NCBI RefSeq assembly: GCF_009914755.1
Contig: NC_060933.1
Reading direction: 5' to 3' (one strand)
DNA from: the human T2T-CHM13v2.0 reference genome, Homo sapiens
Length of the DNA: 64,000 nucleotides
Shown here in pieces: positions 52,921 through 64,000 of this stretch. The position numbers were made by a program, and so were the translations under genes. The notes below the pieces were generated by a model. The model saw only the letters and a program-made list of their open reading frames with translations. It had not been told where the DNA came from and ran no database searches. Position 1 is the stretch's first letter. Each line of letters begins with the position of its first letter.

Positions 52921-55900
52921 AATTAGTGAACAAACGCTCTACATTTTAACAACCTGACAAGCCCTCAACTGTAATATTAAACCTCTGATAGAAACAGACA
53001 TTTCTAACCACCTCAGGAATGTAGCGCAGGTTATGAAAATGAAGATTGATTTAGAAGGGGAAAGGCTCTGTTGTTTTTGATGTTGAGAATCTGGGAAGGA
53101 AGAGAAATTAGATGGAGTTATAAGAAGACTTCCCAGCCACCTTATAGAAACCAGTGCAAATGAGTGACTAGACTAGAAAGCCAAATGCCCAGGCTGCTGT
53201 GATGCTGTGACTTAACCTTCCCTCTCTCAAGTGCTTGAGGCCAGCAAGCCAGCAGAATAAAAGCAGCAACAAAACTAAGGCTGATTCAGGGAGGCTGCAA
53301 AGCTTACCAATAAATCCCAAATGAAATGCATTTTTGGGTTCCAGGATGTCCCGAATGGGAGCAAGTAATATACTTAGTGCTTTACTTACTTGTGGAGGAC
53401 CTAGGATGTGAGGGATTGTTCAAAAGCCTAAACTGCACTAAATGGGTCCATTTACAAACTATACATTCTGCTCCTCTGTGTGCTTTTAGACGAAAGAAAG
53501 TTTCAATATATTTAGGAGAATTTGGTGATTGTAGTATCCAAAGCTAAATGGTGGAGTGAGGGTGTAGGCTTTCTGAATCCTGGGCATCTCTCTTTTTCTC
53601 CCTCTGTTTAAAGGGCAGGAATTTTCCTCAGAGTTTCTTGTGGAAAGTTGTAGACTTCTCAGGATTTTTCTAAATATAGGAGATAGGTTATTTTGGTGTT
53701 GCCTGAAGCCTCCCTTTTTTCTAGGGAACTGGGGCCGTTAGTTCAAGAACCACTTGGCGCACAGCTATACATGTAGAAAGAGTCTGGCTTCCCCACTCTG
53801 GTTGGGCCACTCTGCTGGAACCCAGGAAGAGTGGAGAGATTTAGAAAGCCACACAGAATAGGGAATTGGCATAGAGAGAAGCCACAGGATTCCAAAAGGA
53901 CAGGGGATTTGGAGCATGGAGCCACTCAATGGAAGCTCAGGGCTAGAAATGAATTCCTCCTTGAGAAGTTCTGCTAGTGCTGATGATAGTGGAATATGGT
54001 AGATTCTGTTCAGATTATAAACGACAATTTACCTTTGTGTCACTACGTACAGACTGCATCTATAGCTTGAGAGAGAAGATAACAGGAGAATAGTTCTGGA
54101 ACTCTACAGCAACCACAATGCCTTTGTCAAGTTCTTTTGAAGAGTCCAGAGTACAGCCTGTTACATATCGCAGGCACTTTCAAAAAAGAGTTCAAGATGC
54201 CTCAGAAGATCAGAGCAAGGCTGAATAAATGAATGAAGAGATATATTCTTAGGAGCAGGCAGAGGGCAAGCGAAAGATTCAAGAGTTTTCAATAAGGCAT
54301 CGGCAAGTCTGAGTGAGCGAATGAATGGGGCGCGATGCTTAGAAACATCACTAACAGAGAGGATGAAGTAGAGAGGATCTTTCATAGAATACCTTCAGTC
54401 AGGACCATTTTAGTCTTCATAAACCACTAGAAATGGTATTTTGGAGTTTCTATGCCACACAACATCAAATATTAATATATACCCACATCCAAAATGAAAT
54501 ATAAATTTTCTTGTAAAGTGACAAGATTTTTATAACTGACTTTCAAAATTATTTGACATCAAATAACTCATTTATTTTACGATTTGCTGTGACTTCTCTG
54601 ACATCACTGTGCATTCAAAATTCTCCCTGTGTGAGAAAATGTATGCTGATTGTTTTCAAGTTGTAGTGAAATTTTATCAGTATCAAATTTAATGGTTGGT
54701 AAATCTGAAGAGTGTAATATAGTCATTTAATTAAAACTTTATTAATTTTGAATTTCAGTCCTTTTTTTTCTATTTTAGAAGCAATAACTTTTTCTCAAGT
54801 GTCTGTCATTTTCATAGGTTCCCAAATAGCTCCCAAGCTCTTGTCATTGTGCTTAGCATGCCAGTTGGATAAGGCAGCTGTTCCCAGCTAGTCCACCACA
54901 AGGAAGACCAGTGTAGACAGTTGGGTACAATTTGGAAGGAAGGTTTTTCAAAGATATGAACAAATGACCTCTTATCTTCAATTTTGGAATGGTGTGTTGT
55001 TTCTAAAGTTTGCTTAATTGCATTCCCAACTGAAGAGAAAGGAAAGGGTTGAATATTTTCTGATCACTGGGCAAGTAATTTTTGCTCTAAGAGACACTTG
55101 AAAGTTCTGGGCACTGACTTGTCAAGGCAAGACAGTGTTTATTTATTTGCATGTTACCTTGTTGCACAAAAATTTGAAGTCATGTATTACAAATACATGT
55201 GTAACACTATGAAGTAAACGCTATTTTCTTATACTTCATTAGAAGAAGAGAATGTCTTTGTTTGGGAAGTTCTTGGGAAAGCTATTGGAAATGAAGCAGA
55301 GATTCCACAGTCCTGAGTGCCAATTGATGCCCAGGCCTCAGAGTTGGGATGCTGCTGTACCTAATGAAAGGGAGAGATATTGAAAATTCCTATGGGAACA
55401 TCCAAGTAAGAGGGAACAGGTGTCAGGAGAGCTGGACCTGGCATAGTGGAGAGTTTGGAGAGAAGATGAATTTAAATAGAACTACCAAGTGGTTGTCGTG
55501 AGTTCTTTCTGGTGAGCTTGACTCACTCACAACCAAGGGGAAATTAAACTAAGTAATACATATAACAGGGTTAATATAAAGCAGAACAGGTCTTCTAGCA
55601 AAGGGACACATGGTATGCAGAGAAACCTACCTAAAATCAAGCTGTGAATGGTCCTGGCATTAGTTTTATAAGATCCAGAAGTGCCTAATTATAAGCTCTT
55701 TAATAAGATGAATAATGGGAATTGCCTATTATAGTAAGGCATAGAGTGACATCCAGGACATTATAATGTTCCCTTACCTCCCCTTCTTTGAGACATCTGT
55801 CAGCCTCATTCTAAAGGACATCGAAAGGACTGATGTCCCCTTCTCAAAGGTCCTATTCTAACTCCCTTGTTTTATCTATCTTCTTCCCCTTTGAATTTTA

Positions 55901-55948
55901 TCCTCTTTCAACACGCTCTCTTCTGCCCAATGTTTCTGCTAATGGTGA

Positions 55949-56283
<335 letters not shown>

Positions 56284-56368
56284 GCCACTTGCAATTTTTT
56301 CTTCTTCTCCTCCCAATTTAATCAGTGGATGTGTAATATCAGTACTACCTGGGAAATGTGTGTCCCAT

Positions 56369-56863
56369 TGTATTAGTTTCCTATTGCTGCTCTACTAATT
56401 ACCACAAACTTAGTAGCTTAAAAATACCCCAGTTTATTATCTTCCATTTCTGAAGGTCACAGTCCAAAATAGGCATTGGGCTCAAATCAAGGTATCAGCA
56501 GGGCTGAGTTCCTTCTGGAGCCTCTAGGAGAGAATCAATTTCCTTGCCTCATAGCTTCCAGAGACCACTTGCCTTCCTTGGCTCATGGCCCCTTCCTCCA
56601 TCTTCAAAGCGATCAGGGTAACATCTTCTCTCCTCTCTGACCTCTGCTTCCATCTTTGCATTCTCTCTTTCTCACTCTGATCCTTTGGGCTCCCTCCTAT
56701 AAGGACTGTTGTGTTTAGATTATACCCACCCCGCTAATCCAGAGTAACCCTTGCTTCTCAAGGTCCTTAATCACATCTGCAAAGTCCTATTTGCCATGTA
56801 AAGTAACAGGTTCTGGAGATTAGAATGTGAACATCTCTGGAGGGCCATTGTTTAGCCTACCAC
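56369..56863 (-). mobile_element. MLT1D-type MaLR LTR
   Basis: tgtattagtttcctattgctgct...ttaatcacatctgcaaagtcc...gggccattgtttagcctaccaca. Confidence 0.85.
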
Positions 56864-56899
56864 ATATACCACCATTCCCCTCTCCCATTACCATCAGAT

Positions 56900-57540
56900 T
56901 TGCCTTGCCTCGTGCTTGGAATATTATAGTAGCCTCATAACAAGATCCCCTGTCTCTAATACCTCACTCCTCCAATCCAACATGCACACTGCTTCCCATT
57001 ATTATCCTACAGCTGGGATGTGGCCACACATCTCCCTTCATCCACATCATTCAATGGTTCTTCACTGAACAGAGGAGAAAACCCTCAAACCTCAGACTTT
57101 AATGCTGACCTTTTATATTTCTCATTTTTCACCCATCCACAGGGTTCAACCATACATCATGTATTCCATATATCAACTCTACTTGCTATTCCTTCAACAT
57201 GCCCTGAACTTTTACAAATATCTTCTTCTGCTTTTACTGTTCCTTCAGTAAAGAAGGGACAATTTCCTTCCATTTCCCTACCTTGTTAATTGAAGTTCAA
57301 ATTGTGATTCCAGGCTCAATTCCAGTCTCTCCTCTTCCATAACACCTAGATCCCTGCTGTCCTCACCTATTTTTACTATCTCTTTTCCTTCTAAAGACCT
57401 CTGCATACATTCATGGAGTGACTGTCTCCACAGACTGTGAAGCTCTGATGGGCAGGGACCATAATTTTTTGATTTTTCAAGACTTCATAGCACTTAACAC
57501 AATGTGTTGTTTGTTAGAAAATGTGAGCAGATATTTGTTT
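56900..57540 (+). mobile_element. L2
   Basis: tagcctcataaca...ctccaatcca...agactgtgaagctctgatgggcagggacc. Confidence 0.7.
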
Positions 57541-59149
57541 TATTGTATATTTGAGGTTTTTCTTTAAGGACTAGCCAAACAAGTTATAGAGATGCTCTTC
57601 AAAATCGTTTTTTAAAGGGAAGGTTATGACTCAAACACACAGATTTGCATATTTTGATTTGCTAGTTTTCTGGCTGGAGGATATTTTCTCCATTCTCTGG
57701 TTATACCATCTCTCAGGGAGGGTTAGCCTGATGGGAAAGTTCTCCCAGGTCTTTCCCAATCCATTTGCCCCCAATAGTGTTTCACATCTGCTTTGTCATT
57801 TGTGAGCCTCAGATATGGTGCCAAGGGGCCCTTGTCCTCCAACAGATACTTCTGTTCAGCTCTGTGTGCAGTGAATTATTCCTCTCAGTTTCTTATCCAG
57901 TATTTAATTCCCCATTACTGAGCTGTATTGAAGGTGAGGGAGGCCTATCTGATCTCCCAAGGGGCTCAGTGCCAGCAGAGTAATTAGCTAGGCTTCATGC
58001 CAATTCAGAGCTTTGATCTGGAAACCTATAACCTTCAGTTTCAATATGGTGGTGGAAGAAGGTATGGGGCTAAAGAAGAATGCTCTAGGCTCCTCTTTCA
58101 AAACTGTACAAACATTACCCTGGAGAGGCTGAGAACTGGACTACACAAAGTGTTGCTGAAAAAAAAGAAGAAATTTATTGGTTCATTTAACTAATCAAAC
58201 TCTGACAATGTGTCAGTGGTTTCACAGAAAATTTAAACCAAGGAAGCCTGTATTCAAAGGCGATGAGGCTGATACATTTATTGAATTGTGAATGGCATTT
58301 CTCTGGGCACAAGGAGGCTCCATGTGAACAGATATGCTTCTGTGAGGAAGTTTGTGGCCATAATGAAAGTAGTATCTCAAAGAGTCCACTGCGATTTTTT
58401 TCCATCTTATAAAAGAAAAAAAATTAGGGAGAAGAAACGTGGCATGATGTATAAAAGGCACATTTGACCAGAAGACACATTCTGGTTTTGTGGCCACTAG
58501 CTTAAATACAAAAGATTTCTGTTGGAGTGAGGTTTGAAAAGCTGACAAGAAATAAAGCAGCCTCAGAAAGCTGTCTGTCTATGTGAAGTACTTTGCTGGC
58601 ACCAACACGGAGTGTGGCAGCTGCATTTGGTATCCAACAGGGAGCTATAGATATTTACTAATACTCTTGGAAAAAGAGATTGTCAAATACCCTCTAAGAG
58701 TCCTATATGCTCAAAATGTTGGCTTGGCTGCCCAGGAAGCATGTGGAACCCCAAAGGATGGCACAGCACTTCCCTAATGCTTTTCCTTCATCGTGGTTTG
58801 GCCATAGCTTTTAAACTTGGGAGCAAATCGTAATGGAATTGCAAAGTGGTCTCATTATGTTAGATGGATTGAAATAACTTATAATGTATGACAATGGGGA
58901 TGTAGGGGGTTGTTAGTGGTGGCTGGCAGCAGGCATGGCCCATGTTCCGTTAATGAAGGTAGTGGTCTTTGTGGGTGACCAGAGAGAGGACTCTGGGACA
59001 GACACTCTTCTTAAAAACACCTCTCCTGCTGGCCTGTCACAATGCTTTTATCTCAGCCTTTAAATTCCCACTGGCTAAGGCTTAGCGGTCTTTAACAACC
59101 AATAAAATGCCAGGGCTGCTGGACTGAGTTGAGCATTCAACTGTATGAA

Positions 59150-59900
59150 GATTTGAGAGACTTCCCTTCAAACCTGTCTCTCTCCTACTGTTCCTGCCAT
59201 GCACAGTTAACAATTTCCTTATTTGTCCATGGTTTCTCTCACTTCCTCACCACACACATCTAATTTGTAAGTGAGTCTTGCCACTCCTACCTGTGGCTTA
59301 ATTTTCTTCACCTCAGTGCACTGCCTTGATGATCTCTTGCCTGTGTCCATGCAGTAGCCTTATGGTCTTCTGCCGTGGCTACTGGACATGCATTCTTTGC
59401 ACCGCCTCCATTATCCTTAAATATCTCCCTAACTCCTTAGCGGCCACGGGATGGTCTCAATCGTGTAGTTCGATAGCAAAAGCCCTTCACAGGCCCATCT
59501 CCTTCTACCTGTCTCTGATTCCCTGGCTTCCCACCATATGGGCACCACCTTTTTCCTGATTGTAAAGAAGAACGTTTTACAGCTTCAACTTACTGTGTAT
59601 GCTGCTGCCCCTCTACTTAGCCTGAACTTTCCCTTTCTCTCTGCTTGTAAAGTTTCTTCTTACCTTCCAAAACCCAGATCGTATGTGAGTACTGTTTCTG
59701 TAACTCTTCTAGATAAGACTTAGTTGGTCTCTTCTGCTCAAAATAATTTGTACACACCTCCATCAAAGCACTTTCTATCCTGTTAGTAACCCTCTCCCTA
59801 CTTTCTCAAAGATATCAATAACGTAGCATTCATCTCTAGGTCTTCAGTGCTTACACAATGTCTAGAATAATAAATCTAAATGAAAAAACTGACTGGCTGA
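59150..59900 (+). mobile_element. L2 (degenerate)
   Basis: ctcttgcctgtgtccatgcagtagcct...aaagcccttcacagg...tcttcagtgcttacacaatgtct. Confidence 0.55.
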
Positions 59901-60023
59901 ATACATAAACCATTCTTGGGAATTAGTGGGTATGATCAGTTGCCCATTTCAGTGGCTCTGTTGGTCTAGCTCTATGACAAACTATAAAGAGAGACCAGTC
60001 TCGTTTGTACAACTTTTTCTCCT

Positions 60024-60315
60024 TTTTTATTTTGAGATAGAGGTTCACTCTTGTTGCCCGGTCTGAAGTGCAATGGCATGATCTCTGCTCACTGAAACCT
60101 CCACCTCCCAGTTCAAGCAATTCTCCTACCTCAGCCTCCCGAGTAGCTGGGATTACAGGCACCTACCACCATGCCCAGCTAATTTTTGTATTTTTGGTAG
60201 AGACGGAGTTTCACCACATTGGCCGGGCTGGTCTCAAATTCCTGACCTCAGGTGATCCTCCTGCCTTGGCGTCCCAAAGTGTTGGGATTACAGGTGTGAG
60301 CCACCACTCCCGGCC
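60024..60315 (-). mobile_element. AluSq/Sp
   Basis: ttcactcttgttgccc...gtgcaatggc diagnostics; TSD core TTTCTCCT at 60016 and 60316. Confidence 0.93.
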
Positions 60316-60399
60316 TTTCTCCTCTTCTTAAAACACCACCCCCATCATTTTCTTTCAGAAAAGGCTTATGCAAGGTGTTATTTCAATCTTCAATTACAA

Positions 60400-60870
60400 A
60401 ACAAGTATTAATGGTATGTCTACTATATCCCTGACACCTTTGAGAATTGATATGTCAAGAAATAAGACAGGCAAGATCTCTGCTTTCAGGGGACTTGTGA
60501 TCCAGGTTGGGCAAGACAGACATTAAGCATACAAATACACAAATAAGATCATTTTAAATAGTGAGAAGTACTATACAGAGAATAGAAACAGGGGGACATT
60601 GGAACAATTGACAGGAAGACCCCTTCTACTTGGATCACATGTTGTTAAAGAAGACTTCTCTGAGAAGGTGCCATTTAGTAAAGAGACAATGACAAGAAGG
60701 AAAGAAGCTTCTAACCCTGTGAAGGTTAAGATGTGGGAGAGGGTGGAGTGTGGGAGCATTGCAAGAAAAGGCAGCAGCTAGTGCAAAAACCCTCAAGAAG
60801 GAACCAAACGATTGTACATAGGAAGGAAGAGAAAAAAGGTATTGGGTGGTGTTTGAGAGCTGGGCAAGGA
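60400..60870 (-). mobile_element. L2
   Basis: aagacaggcaagatctctgctttcagggg...aagacttctctgagaaggtgccattt...cagctagtgcaaaaaccctc. Confidence 0.7.
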
Positions 60871-61569
60871 CAGATGGTGCCAGGCGGGGGTTGGGTAGGG
60901 GTGTCTTCCTGATTGCCAGGGGAAGGTTTTGCAGAGTTTTCAGCAGGAGAGCAGCTGGAGACCCGGGCCCTATGGAAGCAGCATCTGGCACCATTCTCAG
61001 GGGTTTCCTGACATCATCCTTCTGAATGTGCACCTCCCACTCCTCAACTCACTCCTGTCTCTGCCTTGTTTTCCCTTTCTCTTCCCGTTTGTCTGTCTCT
61101 CAGAACTCTGAAGAACAGTAAAAGGCAATTGACCATAAGCAAGTCTCTCTTTCCCTCTGTTTTATCTAAAACTTTCATGTAAATTATATATTCTATGCTC
61201 TGTTATATTCCTCTTTATCCTCCAGCAGACTTGATGTTCCAGGAAGTTGCATTGGATTTTTCCAGTGGTTTTGCAAATTCCTGGTATACCATGCTCATAC
61301 CCTAATTTGAGAAGCATTAGGATACAAGATAGATTGACTTTGTTTGAGTAAAATGGTTTAGGTCTAAACACAGAGTGAGTCTGCTTGACTGGAGGCCTCC
61401 AATGAAGACCAGGCAGCTGTGGGAAATCCAGCAGAAAGAAGTTTTGTCAGTGAGCAGAGTAAAAGAAGCAACACAGTACAAAATAGTTGTTGAAAAGGGA
61501 AAGTGAGGGACCTCAGTGTCAGATTTTACTTATTCCCTTTACTTATTTTACCATATATCCAGGGGGCAC

Positions 61570-61712
61570 CTGTGTTCTCCTAACAGAAGCTAAATTCCAT
61601 GAGCATGGACCTGTCTGTCCTGTTCTCAGTGCCCAGAGCACTGCTGGGCACAAAGTAGATGCTCAGTAGCTATTTATGAATGAACGACTAAATGACTAAA
61701 TGATTGAATGAG
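61570..61712 (+). mobile_element. L2 3' end with (TGAA)n-like tail
   Basis: ttccatgagcatggacctgtctgtcctgttc...ggcacaaagtagatgctcagtag...tgaatgaacgactaaatg. Confidence 0.8.
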
Positions 61713-62954
61713 CAGAGAAAGTAGCAAGGCCTACAGCCATCACTGATCTGAGACTCTCCCACAAGAAGATCAGGAAAAATGTATCACGAATAAAGAATGA
61801 GGCCACCCAGAAATGATTCTGGAACATTGTTATTGACATTGGGGGAGGGGACATGGGAAGAAGGAGGTAGCAAGGAGGCAAAAGGAGAAACTAAATTAAA
61901 AATGCATAGGCAAAAACATTAGAAAAAAAGAAACAATGGGTAAAGTTTAAAAATAAGTATAAAATTGAACAGAGATTGAGCATATTTAATCAGACTATAA
62001 AAGTCTTTCATAATTACTAAGATGACAAACCCCTTGAAAGGAAGTTTATGAAGCACTGCTCCAATCAGATTCAGAGCCTTTTGGGATCATTTGAGTGATA
62101 ACTGTGTGGGTGTTACTCCCTGTAGATTATCATTTTCTTTCTGCATTCATTTCCTTCAGCAGAAATGAGAGCCTGCGTCACTCATGGGGCATTCTTGGGC
62201 GATGTGTGGGTTTCCCTACCCAAGAACTCATAGAATCACAGAGCTCAGAGTTAACTCAACAGGTCACAGAAGGCTCACCCTGGCCACAGTGGAGAAGCCT
62301 TGGCCATCATTCAGAGTGAGAGTCCCAGAGATGCCCACGTAAGAAGATTGTGTCAGCACACTGGGCACATTTTCAACTGGTTGTATTGTGCCATCATTTG
62401 TCCAAATGATAGGACCTTTGGGTCGTCCTCATCCTTCAAGTCTCAGCTTTTAATACTCCTTTCCTTTCCTAACTCATCCAAGACTTCCTTCTCCTTTGTT
62501 CCCACTGGGCTTTGTACATATTTACAGGATACTAATTATACTCAATTATAGCATGAACAGCTCAATTACCAAGCATGTATTATGTACCACACAGTTTATT
62601 CAAGTATTCATTTATTCCAACATTCATCATTCATTCATGAGTTATTGAACATCTTTTAAACCTAAGACACTGTGCAAAGTAAATACTTGGGACACCAAGA
62701 CAGTAAAACCTGGCAGCTGCCTTTAGAAGCTTAGTACCTAGCGAGGAGCAAAAGGTACAAGGACCATTTGCTGGCTGACTACTGTGCTTTGGCCACTGTG
62801 CTGGATACTTTACCTTTGTTATCTCTAATTTCATAACAATCATGTATGAAAGAAGACAGGAACTGGGAAGCGGACACTCAGAGAGTAAACTGATTTGATT
62901 GCCTCAAAGCTACAAGGTTAGAAAGATTACATAGCTTGGTTCCCAACTAGCCTT

Positions 62955-62986
<32 letters not shown>

Positions 62987-62989
62987 ATT
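62955..62989. repeat. (TTG)n microsatellite
   Basis: About 11 TTG units seen directly. Confidence 0.95.
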
Positions 62990-63599
62990 GCTAAATTCAT
63001 TACTATTGTTTTTCTTTATCAATCTCCCCATAAATGGCAGCTGCAGCTCCTTTTCTCACTCCCTTATTGTATTACACTATAAGATCTCTGGATTAGGGTA
63101 CATAGCTCTATCACTAGTTTCTACCAGAAAGTTTATGATACTGTAGGTGCCCCCTGTAAAAATTTGTTGAAAGGAGGCTTGCATGCATGAATAAAACGGC
63201 ACGCTCCCTACACTAAGCTTCAGATCCCATTTTCAAAGTGGTCTGGCTTTAGTCAACTCTGCTGTCTTCCCCGGTTCCAGGCACGTATTACCTGCATCAG
63301 TCAGGTTTCAGCCAGGTATGTGAAACAGGAAGTATTTTAACATGGGTAATTAGAGGCTGGCACATCCATGAGGAGGGCTAGGAGCCAAGGTCAGGCAGAA
63401 ACTGCCTGTTCAAGAAATCTGGAAGTGCAGGAAGCAGAGGGAATCTTGGGCAGCCTCATAGTAATTTTCGATAGTATACTGGGACTTGCAAGTCCTGTCC
63501 CAGCTACTGCTGGAGAAGAGTGGCTTCTCTTTCTCTTCCCCTTCCAAATCCTGGTGAGATCCCTTCCTTTGAAGCGTCTGACCTGGAATCCTAGTGGTA

Positions 63600-63860
63600 A
63601 GGAATGCTGGGAAGTGTAGTTCCTGGGCAGGGAGTGGCGGGGGCAGGGGGCAGGGGCGGGGGGATGCCTCGGTCGACAACAGACAATCTGGCAGTTGAAC
63701 TCTCTTGTTCATCCTGTCTTTATTTCTTAGGTAATGTTTCTCACCCAGCCCTGAGAGTCCCGGCAGCCTTGCCTCGCTCAGGCAGTACTTTTGTAAATCG
63801 CCTTGTATCTTGTTGCCACGCTAACAATGGCAACACCGGAACTTTTGCCAGTAACAAAAC
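63600..63860. promoter_or_regulatory. Candidate promoter/enhancer (ZNF143-like site, GC box/G4, RFX half-sites)
   Basis: Reverse complement AACTACACTTCCCAGCATTC at 63602-63621; six G-runs 63625-63663 including GGGGCGGGG; TGTTGCCA-N9-TGGCAACA at 63811-63835. Confidence 0.45.
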
Positions 63861-64000
63861 ACAAAAGATCCATTTCTAACCCAAACAGAAAAATTATTTT
63901 TGTTTGTTTGTTTGTTTCATCCAACAGAGACTAAATTATGAGTTCCAATTCTGGGTAGGGCTTTCAAAATAGAGCCCTGACCAGTGCTGAATCAACTTGA

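Overview
This is primate DNA, catarrhine and most plausibly human or ape, given AluY and a HERV-W LTR17. It is AT-rich and non-coding (intergenic or deep intronic), and I cannot identify the locus. I find no protein-coding gene, RNA gene, CpG island or CRISPR array. The long ORFs are repeat translations: an L1 ORF2 C-terminus, Alus, THE1-int and simple repeats. Much of the window is transposon-derived. It holds 9 Alus, several L1s, ERV LTRs (LTR17, MER4A1, MER21, MLT2A2, MLT2B, MLT1D/G, THE1A plus internal region), hAT MITEs (MER5, MER20, MER53, MER91, MER94, MER96), and many MIR and L2 relics, often nested. I see no evidence for a new multi-gene biological system. The most notable observations are: (1) two independently inserted, inverted L1PA7/8 copies sharing a cluster of apparently non-consensus variants (possible gene conversion); (2) a tiny twin-primed L1 with a fold-back hairpin at its 3' end; (3) an Alu tail replaced by a ~640 bp AT palindromic VNTR; (4) three motif-dense candidate cis-regulatory elements at ~24.5, 52.6 and 63.6 kb; and (5) a few splice-signal-flanked candidate exons. 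Repeat names come from recalled consensus sequences. Boundaries without a TSD are approximate.
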